This document shows positions 44,762 to 55,378 of a stretch of DNA of 61,010 nt, piece after piece. Position 1 is the stretch's first letter. Each line of letters begins with the position of its first letter. The position numbers were made by a program, and so were the translations under genes. Source of the stretch: a virus (taxonomy: Duplodnaviria; Caudoviricetes); the IMG/VR virus record IMGVR_UViG_3300042465_004246, positions 1-61,010 of that record; one strand, 5' to 3'. Under the pieces are notes generated by a model, which did not search any database, was not told the DNA's origin, and was given only the letters and a program-made list of their open reading frames with translations.

Positions 44762-46177
44762 TTACTTGAATAAGAAGAAGTTGTTTGCACCTAGTGTACA
44801 CAAAGCTCTTTCAGACAAGAAGTGAACCTCCATTGCATCTAAATCGCTTGTTGCAGCACCACCTGCTGAACCTGTCATCCAAGTCTTGTAACGTCTGTCT
44901 TCAGTTTCAGATGCACGGTAACGCACGTGTAAGAACGGTCGTCTTGCATTTTTACCTAGAACTTGATCGTATACATTCATCGTACCAGCTGGAACTAAAA
45001 CACCATTGATGTTACCAGCAACAAGACCACCACGAAGTGTAGCATCGTTTAAGTATTTCCAGTCAGTCTTGTAAAACTCATAACCTCTCTTGAATCCAGA
45101 GAAACCTAAGTTTAACGCCATCTCCTCAGAATTATCAAACAAACCGAAAGAAGTTCCACCTGCTCCATAAGCATTTTGTGAAGCTAACATATCATCGATG
45201 TCGAATGAGAATTGACGATTTAAGAACAATGCGTTTTCAGCAATAGCTCCTTGCTTGTCAAGACGTTGTACAATTGAATCAAAATCAGACAATGCAGTTG
45301 GATTACCTCCAGACCATACATTACCACGACTTTCAATAGCACTGAACATACCTTGAGTACCAGCAGCTACAGCTAAAGTAGATCCACCTGGGTAAGCAGC
45401 ACCATTAAGTGCAGTAGCAGCTCCAGAACCTGATTCAGCAGGAACTCCTTCAACCATTGCCATCTCTAGATAATCTTCAAAACGTAGACGAGTCTCATGC
45501 TCTGACTTGATGTACCATAAGTATCCAGTTGCTCCATTTTCCGTAGTTACTTCAACCCATCCAACTTGTGCCATATCAGAACCTGAAACAGCATACTTAT
45601 CTTTAATGATAATTGGCTTATTGTCAAAGAATAAATCTTGTGATTCGTTGCTTCCTGCCATTCCACCTTCACCTTTTCTAAATTCAGAACCATATACAAA
45701 AGCAATGACATCAGTGGTAGGGTTAGCAAATCCAGGACTTGTTGCTGAGTAATAAGCAACAGTAAACTGATCTGCGTTAGGTATTGCAGTAATAATACCT
45801 TTTTCTAACTTATTATTAGAAGCTGAAGATAATATAACTGTTTGACCAAGACGGAATACATGTGTACCAGTACCAATGTCAAATGTTTGCAATCCTGTTG
45901 CAACAGCTCCTGTTACAGATACACCAGTATATTTTGTATGTAAACGACCTTGTTCTGCCCACTTGATCATGTCAGAGTTAGAAGGAAGTTCTGCACCAAC
46001 CATACGTAAGAATGATGCGATTGATCTATTACCGTAACGCTCAAATTCTTGCTCATATGTATCAGGTAGATACTGATTCAAGAATTGAAAGTTTGTAATA
46101 TAATTTGTAGGCAATGTTGCCTTTACTGAGCTAGGAGTAATCGCTACCCCTGGACTCGCTGCTATTGATCCAGCCAT
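44762..46177 (-). CDS. Major capsid protein
   Basis: Follows portal and scaffold genes; strong terminator; ERYGNR, WAEQGRLH motifs recalled from Bacteroidota podovirus capsids. Confidence 0.85.
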   Translation of the reverse strand: MAGSIAASPGVAITPSSVKATLPTNYITNFQFLNQYLPDTYEQEFERYGNRSIASFLRMVGAELPSNSDMIKWAEQGRLHTKYTGVSVTGAVATGLQTFDIGTGTHVFRLGQTVILSSASNNKLEKGIITAIPNADQFTVAYYSATSPGFANPTTDVIAFVYGSEFRKGEGGMAGSNESQDLFFDNKPIIIKDKYAVSGSDMAQVGWVEVTTENGATGYLWYIKSEHETRLRFEDYLEMAMVEGVPAESGSGAATALNGAAYPGGSTLAVAAGTQGMFSAIESRGNVWSGGNPTALSDFDSIVQRLDKQGAIAENALFLNRQFSFDIDDMLASQNAYGAGGTSFGLFDNSEEMALNLGFSGFKRGYEFYKTDWKYLNDATLRGGLVAGNINGVLVPAGTMNVYDQVLGKNARRPFLHVRYRASETEDRRYKTWMTGSAGGAATSDLDAMEVHFLSERALCTLGANNFFLFK

Positions 46178-46182
46178 AATTT

Positions 46183-47262
46183 CTAAGTTTTATTGTTTCT
46201 AATTACTAATCTATTTCCACGATCCGCTTCTACCGATCTTACCTGAAACCCTTGAGGAGGTGTTATAGACGTTGCATTACGAGTCATATCTATATTTTTA
46301 GACTCTCTTGCAACACCTTCTACCGCTTCAGACTTACCTTTTTCATAAAAGAATTTGGCAAACTTCTCTGGGTTAGAGGCAACAGCTATAGAACGATGGA
46401 ACATCTCAGCGTCTTGTAGGTAGCCATCATCATTTAAAAACTTGTTTATAAAGTTCTTTAATGTAGACTGCTCCTTCAATAGTTCTTGCGATTCAGCTGG
46501 CTTGTAAACTAACTTCTTATCTTCGTCTATACTAAACTTGAAACCTTCAAATTTGTCAGAAAATAATTCATTTGTTTTATCAGCAAAATACTTAGATCTA
46601 CGCTCCTGATCCTGCTCGCTTGCAGTTGTGGTTTCTCTATATTCCTTGTAAGCTCTATAAGCATCTTTTTCTTCTTGTGGAACAAAAGAATCACCTGACT
46701 CAAGTGGCACTTTGTACTGTTCTTTTAAGTTGTTAAAATACTCTTTAGCTTTGGCAAGCTCTTTTTTCTTTGCTACTTGTTTTCTTTTTATGTCTTTTTC
46801 ATCATCAAAGTCCTCATCAAAAGAGAACTTGTTTTGAATCTCCCAACGAACATCATCAGAGTCTAGCTCTTTATTTTGTTCTTTATAAAAATCAAAAAGC
46901 AAAGAGTCTTGGTCCATTGAATTATAATCTTTACTAAGATTAATAAAATCATTTATCCCTCGACCTGTTTCTTTTTTATACTTCAAGAATGCTGAAACAT
47001 CTTCAGGTAGTTCTTCATTTTCCTGTCTCTGTTCCCATATATCATCAAGAGATGATATCTCCTTGTTGTATCTTTTTCCTAAGTAAGATATGATTTTATT
47101 TTCATCAATATCTGCCTCAGGAACTTCTGCAATATTCACTTGCTCTTGTGGTTCACTTGTAGGGTTTAATTTCTCTTCGTGTTCCTTGAGCAATTTTTCT
47201 TCAATCTCAACTGCTGACTTTTCTTCAAACTCAACAGCTCTTACTTTAAATTCACCTTCCAT
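46183..47262 (-). CDS. Capsid scaffolding protein
   Basis: Acidic coiled-coil protein between portal and capsid; -7 box at 47284-47291. Confidence 0.75.
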   Translation of the reverse strand: MEGEFKVRAVEFEEKSAVEIEEKLLKEHEEKLNPTSEPQEQVNIAEVPEADIDENKIISYLGKRYNKEISSLDDIWEQRQENEELPEDVSAFLKYKKETGRGINDFINLSKDYNSMDQDSLLFDFYKEQNKELDSDDVRWEIQNKFSFDEDFDDEKDIKRKQVAKKKELAKAKEYFNNLKEQYKVPLESGDSFVPQEEKDAYRAYKEYRETTTASEQDQERRSKYFADKTNELFSDKFEGFKFSIDEDKKLVYKPAESQELLKEQSTLKNFINKFLNDDGYLQDAEMFHRSIAVASNPEKFAKFFYEKGKSEAVEGVARESKNIDMTRNATSITPPQGFQVRSVEADRGNRLVIRNNKT

Positions 47263-47334
47263 TTTATTTAATTTAATATTTTACAAAGTTACAATTTTTT
47301 TCATATGTACTTTTCAATGGTACACAACCTAAAT

Positions 47335-49764
47335 CTATCTAGGATTAAAGGATTCTAAATCAAATCCATCCAACGAATCTTCAGTGCTCTCAAAATCAAT
47401 TGGAGGTAAGTTATTTTTTCTTTGGTTAATCAATTCAGACTGTCTAGTCGCTTGAAGATCAACTCTTTTGTCCTTAGCCTTCTCTTTATCTTTGTCTCTA
47501 TTCAACATACCATCAACCTCAATTCCTTTTAGTTGCATGTTATACTGAAATTCTAACTCCATCAAGCTTCTCTTAGCTTCAACCTCAGCCTGCATTGTTT
47601 TTATAGCGTAGTTTGCTTCAGCCTCTTTTAATTGCATCTTAGCTTGTGCCTCAATCTGGAATAGCTGTGCCTTCTGTTCAGCCGCCATTTGTTGTGACTG
47701 CATGTTCATCTGGCTTTGCATCTGCATCTCTTGTTGTTTCTGCTGCTGCTGTGCTTCCATTCTTTTTCTACGCTTAACCTTAAGCATCTCATTTGCTAGT
47801 TTCATGTTATTGATCATTCTAATATCAATAGCATCTTCTAAATCAATTGTTTGCTGCTGTAGTGCAATCTGTATGTTTTTCTCTAGGTTTAGTTTTTGCT
47901 CTTCGTCTGGAGATATCTCTATAAATATTCCAAAGTCATGTAGATATAAATCTTTTATCTCATCAAGAATTCCAACGTTATACTTTCCTATCTGCATAGA
48001 GAACTCCTCAACAAAGTCAGAGTACTCAAGTATGTCACCAATTCTTAATGATATACACGTTGCCAATCTTTTTGTTATAGATAGACCAGCCTCTAGTATG
48101 TGTCTTGTTGCGGTATTGGAACTTAGTGCTGCCATCTTCTGTATTCCAACTAGTGCATCTGGATTAGGTGTTGACCCATCCCTAGCCTCATTTATTCCAG
48201 TAACGTCACGAATCATGCTTAAGTTATGATTGTAGTTACCAATAAGTGCAGCCATCTTAGACTGACCACTATTTGTATTTAACTCCTGAATAGGGATTCT
48301 AGCATTATTGAAATCACCATCCTGCGTATAACTTCTTCCTATTACACTACCAGTTTGGAAGTACATCTTTAATGCATCTTCTGGATTGTATGCTGCACCT
48401 GTACCCAAGTCAACTTCATTTATTCCGTCAGCGTCAATAAAGACTCCATCTGGAACAATTCTAGCCATTACCTGTTGTAGCTTAAGGTGCGTTAGTTGTA
48501 TCTGATCTGCAAAGGGTATCATTCTCTTAACAAGAGACTCAACATTACCCTTATACATTCTAGGTGCGTATGCAATATAATTAGGCATTGCGTTCTGTGA
48601 AGCTGACTTTGGTCGGACCATGTTTTTCATCATCTCCCACTTTATCATCTTGTTAGACCCACCAACTAATATACCATCGTACCACACATCCTTAACAGAC
48701 TCTATCTTCTCGTACATCATCCCTTCCTCAACTGGAGGATTAAATGATGAATCTTTTCTTATTACCTTTTCGCCACCGTTCTCTAATATTTTTTTCTTCC
48801 AAACAAACTTCATGTCTGTCTTGTAGTTAACATAAAGAAGTGTTACTACTTCATTTAAAAAAGCATCGTCCTGATACGTTTTTATTATTGGAAAATAATC
48901 ATACCAAGCAGAACTAGCGTTTCTTATCTCAGTTAATTCTTCATCTGTTAAGTTTGGATTAATCTTTCTTAGTTCAGTATAATGAACCATCTTTACCTCT
49001 CCGAAATAGTAACAGTCAGAAAAATCAGGTCTTTCAGTGTAGCTATGTATCCAATTAGCAGGGTCTACATACTCAACGTTTACGCCATCATTAATCAAAA
49101 ATGAATGCTTTACTACGCCAAGTCCAATTGTAGTCATGTCGTAGTCAATAAGGCTTCTTGTTTCTGAATACTCGTTCATCTTAAGTATAGTATCTATCGC
49201 CATTTCTTCCGCAATTTCAATGCTAGGCTTATACTTAAGTTGCATGTACAACGATAATTCCTCATCGTTTTCTGGTAATTCATTTGGGTCAACATTAAAT
49301 GCATCAACTCCAAATTCAGACTTAGTTAGATTAAGGAAGTCTTTTGCGATCATGTCTGACTCGATCATGTCCTGAAACATATTCTTGTGTTCAGCAGACA
49401 TAACATCCTGAGCCTCAGCCTTAATTGTAAACAGTCTGTCAGACATTCCGTTGACAACAATATCAACAAACTTCGGTATAATAGGTATTGGCGACCAGTC
49501 AAGATTTAAGTGAGACAGGTCTCCATCTATAGATAGCTCGTTTTTATATTTTTGAATTGGTTGTTCACCCCTAGCGTATAATCTAAGTGAATGATAATTA
49601 CCCCATTGATTGTAGAACCTACAACTATTTGTATTTTTTTTAAACCACTCCCCCTCAATCGCCTTTGCTACCTTTAAGCCATATTCAATTGTTGCTTTTT
49701 CTTCATCGGTTGCGTTCTGATTTGGGAATGATCGTTGTTGTATTAAAACTGATGGTTTATCCAT
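47335..49764 (-). CDS. Portal protein
   Basis: Follows the terminase; LRLYARGEQ, IPKFVDIVVNG, RDVTGINEARDG; Q/M-rich C-terminal barrel. Confidence 0.85.
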   Translation of the reverse strand: MDKPSVLIQQRSFPNQNATDEEKATIEYGLKVAKAIEGEWFKKNTNSCRFYNQWGNYHSLRLYARGEQPIQKYKNELSIDGDLSHLNLDWSPIPIIPKFVDIVVNGMSDRLFTIKAEAQDVMSAEHKNMFQDMIESDMIAKDFLNLTKSEFGVDAFNVDPNELPENDEELSLYMQLKYKPSIEIAEEMAIDTILKMNEYSETRSLIDYDMTTIGLGVVKHSFLINDGVNVEYVDPANWIHSYTERPDFSDCYYFGEVKMVHYTELRKINPNLTDEELTEIRNASSAWYDYFPIIKTYQDDAFLNEVVTLLYVNYKTDMKFVWKKKILENGGEKVIRKDSSFNPPVEEGMMYEKIESVKDVWYDGILVGGSNKMIKWEMMKNMVRPKSASQNAMPNYIAYAPRMYKGNVESLVKRMIPFADQIQLTHLKLQQVMARIVPDGVFIDADGINEVDLGTGAAYNPEDALKMYFQTGSVIGRSYTQDGDFNNARIPIQELNTNSGQSKMAALIGNYNHNLSMIRDVTGINEARDGSTPNPDALVGIQKMAALSSNTATRHILEAGLSITKRLATCISLRIGDILEYSDFVEEFSMQIGKYNVGILDEIKDLYLHDFGIFIEISPDEEQKLNLEKNIQIALQQQTIDLEDAIDIRMINNMKLANEMLKVKRRKRMEAQQQQKQQEMQMQSQMNMQSQQMAAEQKAQLFQIEAQAKMQLKEAEANYAIKTMQAEVEAKRSLMELEFQYNMQLKGIEVDGMLNRDKDKEKAKDKRVDLQATRQSELINQRKNNLPPIDFESTEDSLDGFDLESFNPR

Positions 49765-51983
49765 TATTTTTTTATTTCGCTTCGGTTGCCTGTATTATCG
49801 TATCTTGCAAATTTAATACTTATTTTTGTATTTGTTTTCTCTTGATTAACGATGTACTTTTTTGTAGACATAATTGCAAGACCAGAACTAATTGAGGCAT
49901 CGTGCTTTGTTCTGTTGTTTATATCAAACCTAGCCCAGTCTTCAAGAGTCTTTGTAAAATACATCGACCCCATAGAATCTTGGTCACGGTATGTACCCTC
50001 AATGTCCATGCCCACGTACTCTTCAATGTAAGAGCCAATAGCTGACGCATGAGCTTGTTTTACATCCTCAGATGAGTTAGGTATACCACCGAGCTCTATC
50101 TCTGTCTTAGAGAGCTTGCTGTAGTGTTTATCTGGACGATTAATAGAGAATGGTCTGTATCCTCTATTTTTAAAGTGATACAGTAGTCGTTGCTTATTGT
50201 TCTCAATTAGTATTGGCATACCATAAAATACACAGGCCATAAGAACATCCTCAAAGAATATCTCCGCTGTCTGAGGCCGTGCTATATACTCTAAAAAAAA
50301 TTCATTTGTTGGTGCGTTTTCCATGTGAAACTTAGTCATTCCATGAAGTGCACCATTCGATCCACCACCACCTACGACACCAGATATGTCATACGGGTCA
50401 CACCCAAACGATCCAATGTTTTCATTTCCAGGATACTTTAATCCCCTCCTGTCTATTACATTGTTTCTTTTGTTCTGCTCTGGTATCCATGACACAAGAA
50501 ATCTACCCTTCTGATCTGGAGTCCATACAACAGTTGTGTCTGGCTTACCATCCCTCCAGTGAAAGTAACCCCTAGTTAAAACTCTATCCTTTATTAATGA
50601 GTCGTTATAGTCAATCTGCTGGTATATCTTTGTCAAGTTAAATAATGACTGCTTTGACTCATCCCTAAATGCATGAGACTCAGTTCTTGGAAACTGACGA
50701 TAAAATTCATTTAGTGCATCAGCATCAGACTTCAATGCAGTAACCTCGTTTGTCCACCAAGTAATAACACCATTAGTTATTTTTTCTCCGTCCATTCCAA
50801 TAACTGGTGTTTTTGGATCTTCAAAAACGGGCCATCCATACCTATCAATGTACCCCTCAATATTCCATTCCATTGGGATAAATAATGAATACAATCCCTG
50901 CTTAGTTTGACCATTGGCAGATCGTGATGCAGGGTTACTATCGTTAAATAGTTTCTTAAAATTATCACCACCCTTAGACAATGCATTTGACGTTGATCCC
51001 ATCATACACTTACCAACAATCTTTGATCCCAACCTAAGACAGGTCTTTGTTACACGCCAATTGTTTAAAATGTTTTCAGGCTTCTCCCACTTTCCAGATT
51101 CGTCATGAACTAGCAATAGTAATTTTTCACCGTCATAACTGTTGTCAGCAGTATTCTTCCAGTCAATCGTAGTATCAAGACCATCAATCTCTTCAGTTTT
51201 TTCATCGTCCATGTTCCTTCTTGTAATCTTTGAAGCTGGAACCCTAAACGCAAGCTCGGTCTTTGGATTGTCCATACCGTCTTGAATAGGCTTGAAGAAG
51301 AATGGGTAGTTACGTATTATCGGAACAACCTTATCGGTAAACATTTTTTTTGCGTCAGAACCTGTTTTAGATAGTATACCAATTCTAGAGTCACGCACTA
51401 TTGTTCCAGTGCTACAAGATTCAGACGAGCTCATGAAAGAAAATCCAGAACGTCTATTCTTTAGGTAGCACATACCAAAAGATCTGGCATCAGCCTTGCA
51501 AGCCTCCCAGAAAATATAAAATATCCTGTTTGACTCACGAAAATCAGGAAGCCCAACGTCTATCTTTGTCCACTGTAAGTACATGTAATGACTGCCAGTT
51601 ACGTAGGTAGGGGTGTTATTATTCATAAACCAATAACCATACTCCCTCTTGTCAAACTCGCCCTCGACTAAGTCTATATACCGTGACTTAAAAACATTGT
51701 CTCTCCTATTCCAATCAAAAATAGTTTTTATTTTTTGTAGTTCTTCAGGGTATTGTTTTGGAGTCCAAACATTGTTAAAGTTGTCTACCTTGGTTGGGGT
51801 GCTTGGGAGTGCAACCTTTAGACCTCCTATTTCGTATATATCACCTATAGTGCCATCCTTAGATATTACGACAAAGTCATAGTCACTGCTGTATCCGTAA
51901 GACCATGCTTTCTTTTTATTCCTAGTAGTTACAACACTTTTAGGAACTTGATCTAAAACAACCCTGTATAAGTTATTTTCCAT
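49764..51983 (-). CDS. terL: Terminase large subunit
   Basis: KNRRSGFS (Walker A), LLVHDE (Walker B), GST, GCDPYD nuclease, HD; start likely MENNLYR. Confidence 0.92.
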   Translation of the reverse strand: MENNLYRVVLDQVPKSVVTTRNKKKAWSYGYSSDYDFVVISKDGTIGDIYEIGGLKVALPSTPTKVDNFNNVWTPKQYPEELQKIKTIFDWNRRDNVFKSRYIDLVEGEFDKREYGYWFMNNNTPTYVTGSHYMYLQWTKIDVGLPDFRESNRIFYIFWEACKADARSFGMCYLKNRRSGFSFMSSSESCSTGTIVRDSRIGILSKTGSDAKKMFTDKVVPIIRNYPFFFKPIQDGMDNPKTELAFRVPASKITRRNMDDEKTEEIDGLDTTIDWKNTADNSYDGEKLLLLVHDESGKWEKPENILNNWRVTKTCLRLGSKIVGKCMMGSTSNALSKGGDNFKKLFNDSNPASRSANGQTKQGLYSLFIPMEWNIEGYIDRYGWPVFEDPKTPVIGMDGEKITNGVITWWTNEVTALKSDADALNEFYRQFPRTESHAFRDESKQSLFNLTKIYQQIDYNDSLIKDRVLTRGYFHWRDGKPDTTVVWTPDQKGRFLVSWIPEQNKRNNVIDRRGLKYPGNENIGSFGCDPYDISGVVGGGGSNGALHGMTKFHMENAPTNEFFLEYIARPQTAEIFFEDVLMACVFYGMPILIENNKQRLLYHFKNRGYRPFSINRPDKHYSKLSKTEIELGGIPNSSEDVKQAHASAIGSYIEEYVGMDIEGTYRDQDSMGSMYFTKTLEDWARFDINNRTKHDASISSGLAIMSTKKYIVNQEKTNTKISIKFARYDNTGNRSEIKK

Positions 51984-52248
51984 TCTTAGCTCTTCCTTCG
52001 GCAAATCCTTGCCTTCCATGATCAATCTTAACGATGTCTACATTTTTATCTTTGTTCTCCTCCTCCTCAATCTTATGTAGCATAGATAGTGCATCATCAA
52101 ATGCTAACTTTTTAGCAGATGCTGCATTTTTTAATTTATCGGCTGTAAGGTCATCCTCAGCATGAGTAATAATTGGCTCCATTAGAACCTTAATAAGTTC
52201 GTCAATAGCCTTCTTACCAGCCTCGAGTATTTCTATTTTTTTAGACAT
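51973..52248 (-). CDS. Putative terminase small subunit
   Basis: Helical 91-aa protein directly upstream of terL. Confidence 0.6.
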   Translation of the reverse strand: MSKKIEILEAGKKAIDELIKVLMEPIITHAEDDLTADKLKNAASAKKLAFDDALSMLHKIEEEENKDKNVDIVKIDHGRQGFAEGRAKNGK

Positions 52249-52793
52249 ATGTTCCTGTTGTACATTCTGTAAACTAAATCACCGTTTATTTTAAACTCAT
52301 ACTCGCTGTCTGGAGTAAATGAAACTACATCTCCAACAGAAACACCCTCTAATTCATTATTGGTAAATATTAGTTCACCCCACAATTCCTCAAGGCTACC
52401 CAAAGATGAGAACACCTTATCCTCAGATGGGATTGGCTTCACAAAACAAAATGGTGATGGTGCCATCCATTCAGATTCACCTGACTTGTAAAGGTACAGT
52501 TGATCGTCCTGAACAATAAAGAAGTCATCAAACAAGTAGTTCCAGCTACTCTTTTGTCTACCCTTCATGTCGTAGTAAAACTTAAATGTGTTATGATGAA
52601 CAACCACTATGTCTCCTGGCATTATTGGTCCAGTGTAGTACATTGGTGTGCATATTACCTCAGCAAACCTATTTGTAGATTTGTGGTCCTCCTGTGATGA
52701 GCTTATGACAAATGGCTTACCTCCGTAAGTTCTTATATTATCGTACCGCTTTCCATCAACTGGCTTGATGATAAAACAGTATGGTGACTTCAT
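52233..52793 (-). CDS. Tandem GroES-like domain protein
   Basis: Two units of P..CF(I/V)KP...(A/G)E(V/L)I....GD(I/V)V; second ends YEFKINGDLVYRM. Confidence 0.65.
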   Translation of the reverse strand: MKSPYCFIIKPVDGKRYDNIRTYGGKPFVISSSQEDHKSTNRFAEVICTPMYYTGPIMPGDIVVVHHNTFKFYYDMKGRQKSSWNYLFDDFFIVQDDQLYLYKSGESEWMAPSPFCFVKPIPSEDKVFSSLGSLEELWGELIFTNNELEGVSVGDVVSFTPDSEYEFKINGDLVYRMYNRNICLKK

Positions 52794-53014
52794 TAAAAAT
52801 CTATTTTAAACTCTATTGATGTTGGAACGTTACTAGAAAAAGTTTTCCACTTAATTATTTCTCCAGATTTAATTATCCATATAGATATTGATCCAGAGTC
52901 ATCCTTTAGTATGGAATCTATTACCCAAGTTCTATCAAGAACTTCTTGCCCTAACATATAGTGCATGCACTTCATGTAGTCAGGGCCAATAGACACTTTT
53001 CTAATTATATTCAC
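52793..53014 (-). CDS. Conserved hypothetical protein (73 aa)
   Basis: IIRKVSIGPDY...MHY..GQEV motif; coupled to neighbours. Confidence 0.75.
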   Translation of the reverse strand: MNIIRKVSIGPDYMKCMHYMLGQEVLDRTWVIDSILKDDSGSISIWIIKSGEIIKWKTFSSNVPTSIEFKIDF

Positions 53015-53237
53015 CTGTCTGTAGATTTACTTTAATGTCTCCATACTCCTTAATTATCTCATCCTGATAAGACGATAGATCAAAGGCTGCTGTTTCAAGA
53101 TTTGAAAGTGTAGCGATTTTTTGGCTTTTTAGTCTATTGAAGGTAACCTCAATGTCTGCCAATTGGAACTTTAATTCCCGAAAATTTGTGTTAAGCTCAA
53201 CTAACTTAGAGAGCTCCTCTTTTTTTATTTTTTTCAT
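53001..53237 (-). CDS. Coiled-coil protein (78 aa)
   Basis: Start MKKIKKEEL after a -7 box at 53256-53263; ends YGDIKVNLQTGEY. Confidence 0.75.
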   Translation of the reverse strand: MKKIKKEELSKLVELNTNFRELKFQLADIEVTFNRLKSQKIATLSNLETAAFDLSSYQDEIIKEYGDIKVNLQTGEYN

Positions 53238-53267
53238 TTTATTAAATTTATTATGCAAATATACTAA

Positions 53268-53687
53268 TTATAATGATATATACCAAGTAGTATTAGAATG
53301 GTTATACTGAAAACATACTGGAGTAAATGCTACTAATGCAGTAGGTGCACCAACAAATGTAGCACCAGTAGATATCCATGTTGTAGTAGCTCTTGCAGCT
53401 GTGGACATTACTGTGTACTTTATACCATTTAAGTTGGAATTTGCCGCTGGAAAAGTTATTGCAAAACTAGCTCCAGTCGTACCAGTAAAGTATGTGTTTG
53501 TGCTAGTAATTGTGGTAGATGTTAGTGCATTTGTTGTAACAACTGAAGGATTAACATCTACTATACCACTGTATATTAAGTCAAAAATTGATTGAACAGT
53601 AAAATTAAATGTCTCTCCTGTACCGTTTGATCCAATTAATGAAGTACTTGTTGTTGGCGTTGAATTGTTATAGCTATTTATTTTCAT
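53268..53687 (-). CDS. T/S-rich structural protein (139 aa)
   Basis: Beta-rich composition; ends in the W-containing strand typical of fibre domains. Confidence 0.7.
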   Translation of the reverse strand: MKINSYNNSTPTTSTSLIGSNGTGETFNFTVQSIFDLIYSGIVDVNPSVVTTNALTSTTITSTNTYFTGTTGASFAITFPAANSNLNGIKYTVMSTAARATTTWISTGATFVGAPTALVAFTPVCFQYNHSNTTWYISL

Positions 53688-53818
53688 TTTCCTTGTCCTT
53701 TATATTTTTTTTTATAATTCTTTGATGTCTTTAATTGTGATGTCTTGCTCTTAGCGTGAACGCCAGGTCGACTGATAAATCGAACTATTCTTTTGCTGGA
53801 CTCTAATTGCTTTTTCAT
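53684..53818 (-). CDS. Small very basic protein (44 aa)
   Basis: Manual translation ...RPGVHAKSKTSQLKTSKNYKKKYKGQGK; -7 box at 53824-53831. Confidence 0.7.
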   Translation of the reverse strand: MKKQLESSKRIVRFISRPGVHAKSKTSQLKTSKNYKKKYKGQGK

Positions 53819-53844
53819 TATTACAAAGTTACATATTTTTTTTA

Positions 53845-54309
53845 TTACTCTTTTATCTCAAAGTGCATGTAGTCGTAGTTCTTTTCACGACCTAAAGATA
53901 TAAAGCCATGCTTGTAGAAAATATCTATCATCTGCTTGTATTCAGGTCTAGCAAATCTTGCTGTCTTTGATGACTCCTTAAGTAAGTTTCTAGCAGGGTC
54001 TAAGTCAATGGCTATTCCCCATGAATGCATAGACAAAGCATTTCCTCCCCTCATCTTCCTGTAGTTAAAACAGCCACCAAATAAGTCTATTCCTAACTCC
54101 TTAATCTTATCGTATCCATATACAGATAGTAGTTCATTAAATACAGCTGTGAAATTATCAGCTACTAACTTATGACACATCATAGAATTTACTGAGCTGT
54201 CTAAATCCCAAGCAATACGCATAGGATATGGTAGCTTAATCTTCACCAAGTAACCTGACCCTGTTACATTAGCTGTACCATATTTTTTTGTTACCTGTTG
54301 TGTTGTCAT
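53845..54309 (-). CDS. Endolysin, M15 family Zn peptidase
   Basis: FNYR...[12 protein letters not shown]...DYMHFE. Confidence 0.9.
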   Translation of the reverse strand: MTTQQVTKKYGTANVTGSGYLVKIKLPYPMRIAWDLDSSVNSMMCHKLVADNFTAVFNELLSVYGYDKIKELGIDLFGGCFNYRKMRGGNALSMHSWGIAIDLDPARNLLKESSKTARFARPEYKQMIDIFYKHGFISLGREKNYDYMHFEIKE

Positions 54310-54767
54310 TTCAGTTTATTTATATCGTCTTTGATATCCTTAGCTCTAGCAAACAGTAGCTTCATTGACTGCCACAGGTCCAGATGGTAGACTTGCTTGT
54401 ATGACTCATTGATCGACATTACTTCGATACTAGATAATACTAGTGCAACTACCTTAGTCAACATAAATGGTACACTGAAAAAAGTAAGGATGATATCATT
54501 TAGAATAAATCTATCAATTAAGAAAAACATTATTACCGTTAATTCGTATAAGGCCAACTTACTTATAATGGCAGATAGTCTTCTAGATGTAATCTTCTCT
54601 CCTAGCTTCTTAGCCTTCCAAATCCCTGCAACAGTATCAAAAATAATCAATACTCCAATCATCAAAAGTATCCCTGATATCGGTAAAAAGAATGCAAGGC
54701 ATATAGATATAAGTGTCAAAATTTCTTGTTGTATAGATAGTATTAATAAAGATAACTGTGTTTTCAT
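54306..54767 (-). CDS. Holin (phage holin 4-like)
   Basis: Several TM helices; DTVAGIWKA...ITSRRL...SIE..SINE; adjacent to the endolysin. Confidence 0.85.
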   Translation of the reverse strand: MKTQLSLLILSIQQEILTLISICLAFFLPISGILLMIGVLIIFDTVAGIWKAKKLGEKITSRRLSAIISKLALYELTVIMFFLIDRFILNDIILTFFSVPFMLTKVVALVLSSIEVMSINESYKQVYHLDLWQSMKLLFARAKDIKDDINKLK

Positions 54768-55246
54768 AATAAATAAAGTTTAATCAACTTGTAACCAAAA
54801 TATACAAGTAGTATTATAAATAGTATTACACCTAACACAGCAAAGAAATTAACCCACCACGGTATGTACTTAATTTTCTCTGGCTTTAAAGTTTTGGTAA
54901 CAACTTTAGTATGGTAAACATCATTACCCTTAATCGTCCTATATATTGTTTGGACTTTAGCCTTAGATGTGTATATGTTGTTTTGTAGTTTTGTTTGTAG
55001 ACTTATTAGCTTGCCGTCCTTGTCTCTAAGGTCTCCGTTTAGTTGAGATATTACATTTCCTAATGAGTCACAATAAAGTGTGTCCATTAGCGTTATTGTT
55101 TCACCTGGGATTGTTATTGTAGTATCTTTAAGCTGGATTACAGTTACTGTACTATCTTTTTGTACACACAACGGGCAATACTTTGCCAATCTTTTTTCTA
55201 AAGAACATGACGACAATAATAAAAGTAATATAACTAAGTATTTCAT
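54764..55246 (-). CDS. Putative unimolecular spanin
   Basis: N-terminal lipobox LLSS-C plus C-terminal TM helix, in the lysis cassette. Confidence 0.7.
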   Translation of the reverse strand: MKYLVILLLLLSSCSLEKRLAKYCPLCVQKDSTVTVIQLKDTTITIPGETITLMDTLYCDSLGNVISQLNGDLRDKDGKLISLQTKLQNNIYTSKAKVQTIYRTIKGNDVYHTKVVTKTLKPEKIKYIPWWVNFFAVLGVILFIILLVYFGYKLIKLYLL

Positions 55247-55255
55247 GTTAAATAA

Positions 55256-55378
55256 TTACTTTTCATTTTTTTCTTTTAAACTATTCAAAGCATTAACTAT
55301 CAGCTTAGCATCCTCTAAACTATAACACCCTTTTAAAAAGGCTGCATTTAAAGCCTCCTCTATTATTTTAAAATCCAT
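55256..55378 (-). CDS. Small hypothetical protein (40 aa)
   Basis: Manual translation MDFKIIEEALNAAFLKGCYSLEDAKLIVNALNSLKEKNEK. Confidence 0.6.
   Translation of the reverse strand: MDFKIIEEALNAAFLKGCYSLEDAKLIVNALNSLKEKNEK

Noticed and set aside
19712-52025. Stop-codon reassignment as in some crAss-like phages
   Set aside because: Long genes are intact under the standard code, and TAA, TAG and TGA all serve as stops.
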